Assembly (NCBI GenBank): GCA_040256005.1
Contig: JBDZWC010000080.1
Span: 1 to 14,180, forward strand
Reading direction: 5' to 3'
Length of the DNA stretch: 14,180 nt
DNA from: Deinococcaceae bacterium
Lineage (GTDB): Bacteria > Deinococcota > Deinococci > Deinococcales > Trueperaceae
Positions 7,501-14,179 of the stretch are shown piece after piece. A program made the translations under genes and the position numbers. The stretch's first letter is position 1. Each line of letters begins with the position of its first letter. The notes below the pieces were generated by a model that worked only from the letters and a program-made list of their open reading frames with translations, did no database searches and had not been told where the DNA came from.

Positions 7501-10260
7501 CACGGTGTAGATCACGGGCTCGTCGGCCGGGACCGGAGCGGGGTCGGAGACGACCACGATGCCCTGGGCGGCGCCGGTGTAGGTGAGCTCGTCGTTCGTG
7601 ATGTCGAAGGCCACGCTGGCCTTGACGATGTCGGCCGTGGCGGTGGGCGCGCCTGTCATGTCGAGCAGGTAGTTGCCGGCCGCATCGCCCTGGAGCGTGG
7701 TCGCCGCAGTGAGGGTCACCAGCTTGTCCGTCCCGACGTGCGCGTCCTGGAACGTGACGACGGGCGCGACCGAGACGTCATCACCCTCGACGGCGTTCAG
7801 CAGCTCCAGGTCGTTCGATTCCACCTGGGCGTTCGCCGTGCCGTCGTAGGGGCGGTCGGCGATGACCATGCTGCCACCGATGGTCACCGTGCGGGCGACG
7901 ATCGTGAACGGGTCAGACGCGCCCAGGGTGATCGTGTAGTTGGCGCCATCGTTGCCGTCGGCGACGCTGAAGGTGCCGAGCGTGAAGGCGTAAGCCCCCA
8001 CGTCCTCGCCGGGCTCACGACCCAGCTTGCCTGTGATCATGTCGTCGCCCACGAGCGGGCCCCAGGTAACCGTGTTGCGGAAGACGTAGTCCTCGTCGCC
8101 GTAGGTCTTGGACTGGCCGGGTTCCGGGGTCACGACCAGGGCACGCGGCTGGATCGTGAACTGGGGGAGGTTCTCGGCGAGGGCCAGGCTGTAGTTGCCG
8201 CCGCCGTTGCCGTCGTCGACGACCAGGTCGCCCAGGGTGAAAGCGTAGCTGCCGACGTTCTCGCCCGCGGCGCGGCCGAGGCTGCCGGTGAGGACGTCCA
8301 TGGGCATGAGCCCCGTGCTCGTGTAGCCAAGCTCCGGATCGGCCTCACCGTAGGTCTTGCCTTGGTCGGCATCCGGCGTGATGGTCAGCAAGCGCGGCGA
8401 CACGGTAAGGGTTCCCGCCACGTAGGTGACCTCGTAGTTGTCGAGCGACGTGCCTTCGGCGGCCAGGGCCAGATCCGCACCGATCTCGTACGAGCCGGCG
8501 TCGGCGTCCGCGGCTGCGCCGGCGCTGCCGAGCTTGACGCTGTCGATGCCCTCGCCCTCCACGAGGCCCTCGACGGTGAACTGGCTATCGCCGAGAAGCA
8601 GCTCGTCGCCGTAGACCTTCTGCCGGTCGTTCGCGGTGATGGTGAGCGGGCGCGGGGTTATGGCGGCGGTCAAGGCCGGCGCCACGAGGGCGTAGTTGTC
8701 TACGTCGGCACCGGTCAACTGGACGGTCACGGGCAGGTCGCTGCCGGCGTTCGGCGCGGCGAAGCGAGCCACGAAGCCGATGTCGTCCCCGAGGACGGGT
8801 GCAGGCTGGAGGTCGCCTGTCACGACGGCTTCCACCGTGCCGTCGTACTCCTTGTCGGCGGCCGCGACGCCCGCGGCGAAGGTCAGCTCCAACGGCGCGA
8901 TCGCTGCGGCGCCGACCGGTTGAGTGAACACGTAGTTGTGGGCGTCCGCCCCCGTCAGCGCGAGGGTGCCGACCACGCGGGTCGCTCCGTCGTTGAGGTA
9001 GTCACCGACCACCGCGCTGGGAACCCACTCGCTGCCGTCGAACGCCTGGAACTGGCCGGTGGCGGGCTCCGCCAGCGCCACGGCGTCTCCGTCAACGATG
9101 TCAGCCGGAGCGAGCGCGACGTGCTCGAAGCCGGCCACGCTGCTGCCGTCGTAGGCCCTGTCGGCGAACACCACCTCGGCGTCGAAGGCGAGCTCACGGG
9201 GCTCGATCGTCAGGGTCGCTGACGCCGACACGGGGAAGCCACCACCGGACGTGACCGTGACCGTGTACACGCCGGCGTCGGACGGAGCCTGGTCGAGCAC
9301 CACTTCGTCGGCCTGGCGCAGGTAAGTGTAGGTGGCGCCTTCGCCGGCAGCGACGGCCGAGAACGTGGCCTCGAGAGCGTGCGGCTGCCCGTCGTAGGTG
9401 ACGGTGAGGTCGTCGAGGATCACGGACGCGAACGTGATGGTGACCTGGCCGAGCTCGGGCGCGGAGTCGTCTGCCCCCAGGTGGCCGCTCACGTGCACAG
9501 CGGCGTCCACCGCACTCGACACGAAGATCGTGGCGCGGCCGTCGTCGTCCGTGACGACGCTCAAGGCGTCGCCCGCGGCGCCGAACTCCGTTCCGTCCAT
9601 GGAGAGCTGGCCGAGGTCGGTGGTGAAGGTGACGGGCTCACCGGCGAGCGGGAGCGGGTCACCGTAACGGTCGTTGAGCTGCACCGTCACCGACTCGGTG
9701 GCACCGGTAGCGGTACGCGTGGCCGACGCCCATAGCTCCGAGTTCTTGATGTGCGGGGCGGGCGAACCATCGTCGTCTGGGTCCTCGTCGCCGGGATCCC
9801 CGTCGCCGGGGTCCTCGTCGCCGGGTGCCGTCCCGCCGTCACCGAAGGTGACGTCGACGGAGCCGATCTCCTCGCTGGACGAGTCATCGCCCAGATGAGC
9901 CGTGACCGTGACGACGCCGTCCACGGTGGAGTTGATGAACACGCTGGCCTGGCCGTTGGCGTCGGAGAGGATGACCATCGAGGCCCCGGCGGCGGAGGCG
10001 GCCGGAGCGACCTTGCCGGCGGCCCCGAGGGTGCCGGCAGAGGCGTAGAAGGCGACCGCGTGGTCGGCCTTGGTCACGGCCTCGCCCTCGGCGCCTCTGA
10101 GCGTGACGGTGACCTTGACCGCCTTGCCGAGGTCCGACGTCAAGGCAGCGGCCTCGACCGATGACGAGGCAGCGTCCGGGGTGGGTGAGGCTGGCTCCTG
10201 CTGAGTCGTGCAGGCAGCGAGCAGGCATAGGACGACGGCGAGCGCGCCGAGTCGCTTCAT
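4579..10260 (-). CDS. Giant surface lipoprotein adhesin (1893 aa): 2x Big_1-like Ig, MBG/YDG stalk, further Ig-like, IPT/TIG and cadherin-like domains, C-terminal thrombospondin-C-like lectin domain
   Basis: Lipobox LAAC (Cys17) after MKR plus a hydrophobic stretch. Invasin-like Ig (VTVQLNDRYGDP...VTFTT...TDDDGRAT); YDG units (DRAYDGS, DKEYDGT, DRPYDGT); MBG_2-type units (KVYGD, KTYGEADP...GENVGSYAF...NY); MBG-type units (TYDGQP...DAGVYTV, TYTGAAQ...DAGQYRV); TIG (PTVSSVSP...GTDF...VTVTNPDG); cadherin-like (LLAND...FDYTVED). SD-like AAGGGGGA at 10273-10266. Confidence 0.93.
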   Translation of the reverse strand: MKRLGALAVVLCLLAACTTQQEPASPTPDAASSSVEAAALTSDLGKAVKVTVTLRGAEGEAVTKADHAVAFYASAGTLGAAGKVAPAASAAGASMVILSDANGQASVFINSTVDGVVTVTAHLGDDSSSEEIGSVDVTFGDGGTAPGDEDPGDGDPGDEDPDDDGSPAPHIKNSELWASATRTATGATESVTVQLNDRYGDPLPLAGEPVTFTTDLGQLSMDGTEFGAAGDALSVVTDDDGRATIFVSSAVDAAVHVSGHLGADDSAPELGQVTITFASVILDDLTVTYDGQPHALEATFSAVAAGEGATYTYLRQADEVVLDQAPSDAGVYTVTVTSGGGFPVSASATLTIEPRELAFDAEVVFADRAYDGSSVAGFEHVALAPADIVDGDAVALAEPATGQFQAFDGSEWVPSAVVGDYLNDGATRVVGTLALTGADAHNYVFTQPVGAAAIAPLELTFAAGVAAADKEYDGTVEAVVTGDLQPAPVLGDDIGFVARFAAPNAGSDLPVTVQLTGADVDNYALVAPALTAAITPRPLTITANDRQKVYGDELLLGDSQFTVEGLVEGEGIDSVKLGSAGAAADADAGSYEIGADLALAAEGTSLDNYEVTYVAGTLTVSPRLLTITPDADQGKTYGEADPELGYTSTGLMPMDVLTGSLGRAAGENVGSYAFTLGDLVVDDGNGGGNYSLALAENLPQFTIQPRALVVTPEPGQSKTYGDEDYVFRNTVTWGPLVGDDMITGKLGREPGEDVGAYAFTLGTFSVADGNDGANYTITLGASDPFTIVARTVTIGGSMVIADRPYDGTANAQVESNDLELLNAVEGDDVSVAPVVTFQDAHVGTDKLVTLTAATTLQGDAAGNYLLDMTGAPTATADIVKASVAFDITNDELTYTGAAQGIVVVSDPAPVPADEPVIYTVKWKRVLTPSGEQIEEGVAGILDAGQYRVTLTANDPRYTGSNDVIVTVGARPITLTTDVTGKVYGEADPELPPRLAGGTTLGAGDALSGLLTFTGVAAGTYDLDLGSVVIKNGRDEDVTENYAISLAGSFTIQPAPVSFDISNADFTIDGVHVYERDGDTIVGLTIVADPAGMTDYVLSYRRTHDGSYQPIPAGQQTVSTIEALGTYVVTIASTSPNYAGISDRTVWVTDGFDLVGALPSEEEGELPSYVLPVNWPSTGRIPLQTSGGDPLSLGPVPVTFDLTVEPATGLRFLDPETLEPITSVTVEPGATLVEIPMETNALSMEPYTVTVTPSGPLAGLFTGVSFQIVPAAEIVIVGGGIEVGEDANSPIISVQLRDENGAPVEAPADIALTLQGDAGLAFVAAGSDDLVGGVVIPAGSTSANFRVRSAAAGEYEFYVEYGAKIPALNRSLYEKVTVNPKPTVSSVSPNEIQVGETSQFFIDGTDFVPGATVSLGGGLTVGDVTVDSASRITVEVTATLGEVDLGAAAVTVTNPDGGMGTLDAGFTVVKPTVTASDDQANIVEGGSIDLPVTTLLANDFASTGLRLTLVAVADQQNVTVVDNGSTLRVTSSGLMGQVASFDYTVEDPLGTQATATVTFNVTLPPQDAVVFTARADLEAYTAGYEPPTFQEVFDTWPRASNGNYYPDPSQEMGGNADDWFIDPVTGSIVQPQNTSPHEIIVSPEADALEYYEFEATLTSNNADDDAIGLVIAFTRDAGGNKYLVALRTQGNNGSHKGWGIAYVENGTITYLTNVQVGATSAAWSNRQSRVRIVRNGDLVTAWASYWGDLSNYGGEMVIDLDANTINGAVVGKDLSVFKGEKQYGYYTQSQPYSTYLDIVLTGGLARDLAYLLTSGTDSDATPGDDTWTGSEVWKFNAETLLWEQQLGRTIQDDLRFPRVVTSVAPVDPSDPDSPIVGTRFEVRENEVVLLPDLP
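9781..9825. repeat. 3 x 15-bp tandem repeat encoding acidic linker PGDED-PGDGD-PGDED
   Basis: gtcctcgtcgccggg / atccccgtcgccggg / gtcctcgtcgccggg, between the two N-terminal Ig domains of the adhesin. Confidence 0.9.
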
Positions 10261-10333
10261 GAACTTCCCCCTTGGGGCTGGCGGTTTCGACTTCCTTCAG
10301 GAAGCCGTGCGGGGGAGAGGGTCGCATCGGTTC

Positions 10334-10350
10334 TCTTACAGGAATCTCAC
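10334..10350. promoter_or_regulatory. Candidate transcription-factor site (hexamer-N5-hexamer direct repeat) upstream of the adhesin gene
   Basis: TCTTAC-aggaa-TCTCAC, 11-bp period, in a locally AT-richer patch 74-90 nt upstream of the ATG at 10260. Confidence 0.35.
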
Positions 10351-10493
10351 CGTTCACATCGAGAGGCTGTGCGCGTCAGCCAAGACCACCGGCACGCGAC
10401 CAGCGCGGCGGGCGCATAGTCCCGTGCACCACGTGGTAATCGGCGTTGGTTCGGGGAGCTGGTTCGCTTAGCTGCGCGCCCCTCTGTGGCGGC

Positions 10494-10883
10494 TCACTGT
10501 AAGAAACCCATCTTCCAGAGGCACCACACCCACAGGCCCCTGACGGGTCGGTGGAGGATGACGAAGAGGGCGGCGGCGCTGACGGTCATGACGGCGATGA
10601 ACCCCGGGAAGATCCCGAAAATCAGCCCCAGGGTCACGCCCTCGACGGCCAGGCCGAAGCAGATCAGCATGTAGAGGATGAACGCGGTGGCGGTGCAGGT
10701 GCCGCCCTGATGCTCGAACGGCATGCCGCACACGCTGCAGGAGTCGGCGGGCCGCAGGAGACCCTTGAAGAGCCTGCCCAGCATGCAGTTCGGGCAGTAG
10801 CCGACGAACGCGCTGCGCAGAGCGGTGGAGATAGGTAGGCGCTGCGGCGTGGACACTGCCATCTTGGCGGCAGTATGCGGCAT
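10494..10883 (-). CDS. DUF983-family small membrane protein with N-terminal Cys4 (zinc-ribbon-like) motif, 129 aa
   Basis: CPNCMLGRLFKGLLRPADSCSVCG followed by two TM helices and RPVRGLWV, the pattern I recognise for DUF983. Strong SD GGAGGTGA at 10900-10893. An alternative ATG lies at 10862. Confidence 0.85.
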   Translation of the reverse strand: MPHTAAKMAVSTPQRLPISTALRSAFVGYCPNCMLGRLFKGLLRPADSCSVCGMPFEHQGGTCTATAFILYMLICFGLAVEGVTLGLIFGIFPGFIAVMTVSAAALFVILHRPVRGLWVWCLWKMGFLQ

Positions 10884-10893
10884 GGTCCCGACT

Positions 10894-11002
10894 CACCTCC
10901 GTAGCTACGGGATGAGATGCGCCATGAGGGTCACGAACCCGTTCGCCGTATGGCGCGGGCGGCGAGCAGGGGTCTGCGGGGTCATGATGCACTACGGAGA
11001 CA
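10894..11002 (-). other. Candidate structured cis-regulatory RNA leader of the DUF983 gene (unassigned)
   Basis: A 12-bp stem (8 Watson-Crick plus 4 GU) pairs 11002-10991 with 10905-10894, covering the SD. It is stacked on a 74-nt four-way junction. Manual folding only. Confidence 0.35.
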
Positions 11003-11033
11003 TCAGTTGACTGAGAGTTCGGAGAACAGTGGC

Positions 11034-12128
11034 ATGGAGTCGTACATCGAGACGTGGGCGGCGGCGGGCCTGGGCCCGGCCGTCCTGACCGCGGGCGCCG
11101 GCACGTTCGTCGTCCTGCGCCGCGGCGCGCGGGTGGTGCCGTTCGACGACGAGGGCAGGCCCCTGCTGTGGCTCGCCCCCGAGGCACTCCCCGGCCGCGC
11201 CGTGGCAGCGTGGGCCTCCACCGGCGCCTGGAACCTGGGTGCGGAGCGCCTGTGGATCGGGCCGGAGTGGCGCCTCATGGTCGGGGACCGCGCGGAATTC
11301 CTGGGCACCTACGCGCTCAGCCCGGCGATGGACCCAGGAGACTGGTCGCTGGACGCGAAGGGCGCCGAAGCACTGCTGAGCACTCACATGCGCCTCTCCG
11401 CCAGCCAGCCCGCCGGCCGGCTGGGTCTGGACGTGCGGCAGAAGGTCGCGCCGGCGGCCGACCCGGCACGGCGCCTGGAGGAGTCGGCCGGTCTGCGCCA
11501 CCTGGGCTGGAGCCGGGAGGTCACGCTGGAGCGGGGCGAGGGCGACGACGGCAGCGTCGCCTGCCAGTCCTGGGTGCTCGCCCAGGTCCAGGCGCCGGCC
11601 ACGGTCCTCGTGCCGAGGGCTGGCCCCGACGCGGTCACGGACTACTTCGAGCCGGTGGACGACTCGCATCTCCGAGCGAGCCGGAGCGGCCTGAGAATCG
11701 ACCTCTCGGGCCGGCGCCGGTTCAAGGTGGGTATCCGGACGGGCGAGCACGTGGGCACGGTGGCTGCCTGGCGGGAAGGCCCGGGCGACACCGCGACGCT
11801 GCTCGTGCGCTACTTCCAGGACGCGCCGTCGTCGCGCTACCTCGAGGAGCCGCCGGGTAGCCCGGGCCACGAAGGCGACAGCATCTACGTCTACAACGAC
11901 GACGGCCGGTTCGGGGACTTCGGCGAGGTCGAGGCGCTGGGCCGGGCGTTGGAGCCCGGAGCGCGCTCGGTTCACGACCGCTTCGAGGCGCACGTCTGGT
12001 GGGGCCCGCGAGGTTCCGTCGCCCGCCTCGCAGGGCGCCTGCTTCACGGGCCCTTCGGCACCGGTGACAAGCTCCACGACACGCTGGCGGAGCCCATGCC
12101 TTCTTCCCCGAGGATCGACTTGAGGTAG
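11034..12128 (+). CDS. DUF6786-like protein (probable galactose-mutarotase-like beta-sandwich), 364 aa
   Basis: Likely start is ATG 11034 (MESYIETW) with SD GGAG at 11021-11024, not 10917. Motifs GARV, WNLGAERLWIGPE, MDPG, WVLAQ and YVYNDDG...FGEVE resemble DUF6786 as I recall it. GC3-biased codons. The family call needs an HMM check. Confidence 0.7.
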   Translation: MESYIETWAAAGLGPAVLTAGAGTFVVLRRGARVVPFDDEGRPLLWLAPEALPGRAVAAWASTGAWNLGAERLWIGPEWRLMVGDRAEFLGTYALSPAMDPGDWSLDAKGAEALLSTHMRLSASQPAGRLGLDVRQKVAPAADPARRLEESAGLRHLGWSREVTLERGEGDDGSVACQSWVLAQVQAPATVLVPRAGPDAVTDYFEPVDDSHLRASRSGLRIDLSGRRRFKVGIRTGEHVGTVAAWREGPGDTATLLVRYFQDAPSSRYLEEPPGSPGHEGDSIYVYNDDGRFGDFGEVEALGRALEPGARSVHDRFEAHVWWGPRGSVARLAGRLLHGPFGTGDKLHDTLAEPMPSSPRIDLR

Positions 12129-14179
12129 AAGTCGTCGTACAGGAAGGCGTCGATCAGCTCGTCCTGGCCGAGGATGTACTGGCTCGAATGCACGGGGAAC
12201 GAGCCCCCTCCGGTCAGGTTGAGGTCGTCTGGTATGGGCCGCCAAGCGGTGGAGAAGCTGCCGGTGGGCACTACGACATCGGTGGTCTCGCCCTCGATGT
12301 TGGTCGCGATGGCGTTCACGTACGTCCTGGCTCCCATGGTGTACCTGCAGGCGGCGTGGTCGATGACGAGCACCACCGTCGAGGCGTCGCCCTGCACGGG
12401 CGCCGGTACCGGAGAGCCGGACCCCTCGACGCTCGAGAGGAAATGCAGCACGCCTTCCTGGTCGTAGCCGCTCAGCGTCTTGTCGATAGCGGTCGTCCCC
12501 GTGGCCGGACCGCCGCCGCCGGAGATCGTGGCGCCGAACTGAGACCCCACCGCAGCGCTCAGCGCCAACTCCAGCCTGTGCTGTCCGTCGTCGGCGAGGG
12601 ACTCGTACGAGAACCCGGCAGTCCCCGCCCACTCGGTCACCTCCTGCAGGGCGTCGCAGGTGCAGCCGAGCGCCCGTGAGTCGACGACGATGTTCCCTCC
12701 GCTGAGGGTGTGCTCCCTGTCCTGCCAGGCGCTGTTGCTGACCACGACGATCAGCTCCTCGACGTGCTCCTCGGGCTGCTCGCGGCAGTAGCGCTTCTTC
12801 TCTACGCGCGTGATGTCCTCGGGCTGCCGCCACTGTCCGCCGACCTTGGCGAGCACCCAGAGGTGCGCGCTCTGGTCACCGCCCGAGGAGTACGGGTTCT
12901 CGATCACGACGGACTTCACGCTCTCGCTCTCGAAAGTGAAACGATAGTAGAAGGCCGCCAGATGCGGGACCGCGGAGTCGAGAGGGTCCTTGCCAGGCAG
13001 GCCGATGACGAAGTTGCCCTTCGTGGGAGCGCCGGGCGTCAGTTCGTCCCAGGTCTTGTAGTCGCCCACCGGGTCCTGGTTCCAGTTGCGCATGGTGAAG
13101 AGGGGCCATACCTCGTCGAACCCGCCGCGCGCCGCGAGCGCGGCGTTGACCGCCGCCAGGCTGCTGGACATGCCCGCCCGTTCCCAGATGCCCTTCACCG
13201 CCGAACCGTCCTTGCCCGCTCCTCCCAGGAAGAACGGGAACACGTAGGCGCCGTACTCGTGGTCGTCGTTCGTCACCTCGAGCGATGTTTCCGGGTTGCC
13301 GAGGAACGCGCCGGCCGCCTCCTGTTCCTCGTGCGTCGCAGGTACGTCCGGGTCACCGTTCGTGGCCGGGTAGACGTAGTCCATCGCCCACTGCGCCGTC
13401 GACTCGAACAGCCAGTCGTACTCGTCGTCCGAGGCCATGGGGTAGGCGTACTGGATCACGTGCATGAACTCGTGGGCCAGGATGGCGAACGAGTCGAGCG
13501 GGTTGAAGATGATGTAGGCGGAGGCCGCGCCCGTCGCTGAGGCGCCCGTGACGGCGCTGCGGCTGACGGGGACGAGGTAGATGTCGATGCGGGTATCGCC
13601 GCCGCCCTGGGGGCACGCTTCGCCGCAGTCGGGCAGCGGCTCGCGCATCAACCCCGTCAGCGACGGCCATATCCGGGCATCCAACTCAGCCACGAACTTC
13701 TCGGCCCTGGCGGCGTCGGCCGGACGCTGCGTCGCCCACCAGACCTTGACCTTGTCGTTCTGCGTTGTGAGGGTGCCCCAGGTGAGCTGCTCAGGCGAGA
13801 GGGCGTTCGCGTGCGTCCGCTCGTACCAACTTCCGGTCTGCGCGGGCGGCAGCAGGAACGGCGTCAGGTCGGTGCGCAGGTCGGGCGGGAGGGAGTCCAG
13901 GCGTCGGGCCAGCTCAGCCATGAGCAGCGTGCCGTCCCGGCCGGCATCGTCGCCCAGGTACTCCTCCGGTAGACGAGGGTCCGCGAAGGTCGCGAAGACC
14001 TTGTAGGCCAGCGCGGTGTCGGAGTCGATCTCGCCGGCCAGCAGAGCCGCATCGATCAGCTGGAAGCTGGTGAGATCGTCAGGTGGTGGCGGTGGAGGGG
14101 GAGGCGGTGGAGGCGCGCCCCCACACGACACGAGGAACAGTACCAGCCACAGCCACAGGGGACGCCGCGCCTTCCGCAT
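12044..14179 (-). CDS. Lipoprotein zinc metallopeptidase (gluzincin, clan MA; MXAN_6640/DUF6055-like) with poly-Pro linker and uncharacterised C-terminal beta-rich domains, 711 aa
   Basis: Signal MRKARRPLWLWLVLFLVSC (lipobox LVSC, Cys19); 11 consecutive Pro; AHEFMHVIQY (HEFMH at 13474-13460) with third ligand WLFESTAQW at HExxH-x18-E spacing; downstream HEYGAYVF. The ATG is at the window edge, but the signal peptide supports it. Confidence 0.88.
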   Translation of the reverse strand: MRKARRPLWLWLVLFLVSCGGAPPPPPPPPPPPDDLTSFQLIDAALLAGEIDSDTALAYKVFATFADPRLPEEYLGDDAGRDGTLLMAELARRLDSLPPDLRTDLTPFLLPPAQTGSWYERTHANALSPEQLTWGTLTTQNDKVKVWWATQRPADAARAEKFVAELDARIWPSLTGLMREPLPDCGEACPQGGGDTRIDIYLVPVSRSAVTGASATGAASAYIIFNPLDSFAILAHEFMHVIQYAYPMASDDEYDWLFESTAQWAMDYVYPATNGDPDVPATHEEQEAAGAFLGNPETSLEVTNDDHEYGAYVFPFFLGGAGKDGSAVKGIWERAGMSSSLAAVNAALAARGGFDEVWPLFTMRNWNQDPVGDYKTWDELTPGAPTKGNFVIGLPGKDPLDSAVPHLAAFYYRFTFESESVKSVVIENPYSSGGDQSAHLWVLAKVGGQWRQPEDITRVEKKRYCREQPEEHVEELIVVVSNSAWQDREHTLSGGNIVVDSRALGCTCDALQEVTEWAGTAGFSYESLADDGQHRLELALSAAVGSQFGATISGGGGPATGTTAIDKTLSGYDQEGVLHFLSSVEGSGSPVPAPVQGDASTVVLVIDHAACRYTMGARTYVNAIATNIEGETTDVVVPTGSFSTAWRPIPDDLNLTGGGSFPVHSSQYILGQDELIDAFLYDDFYLKSILGEEGMGSASVSWSLSPVPKGP
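14081..14113 (-). repeat. Poly-proline (P11) tract
   Basis: CCT CCA CCG CCT CCC CCT CCA CCG CCA CCA CCT, directly after C-G-G-A. Confidence 0.9.

Noticed and set aside
10261..10470. Canonical c-di-GMP-I or -II riboswitch ahead of the adhesin
   Set aside because: I could not find the GEMM-I pattern (GGCAAAC...GAAA...GACGCAAAG) or the class II pattern by eye. Only a small hairpin is present. An Infernal search would be definitive.
5353..10471. Long plus-strand ORFs (5353..6219, 6952..9222 of 756 aa, and others) and alternate-frame minus ORFs within the adhesin
   Set aside because: Codon-bias shadows of the 1893-aa gene with no domain signatures.
10918..10991. A genuine tRNA gene
   Set aside because: Cloverleaf-like, but the D-loop lacks GG, the middle loop is 11 nt, the T-like stem is only 3-4 bp without A58, and there is no CCA. 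Kept only as an unassigned structured-RNA candidate.
10468..12833. ORFs 10468..11187(-), 10992..12833(-) and 11054..11860(+), and the 10917 start of the plus-strand gene
   Set aside because: The extra ORFs are Arg/Pro-rich off-frame translations overlapping better genes. The 10917 start has no good SD and would run through the divergent gene's leader, whereas 11034 has a GGAG SD.
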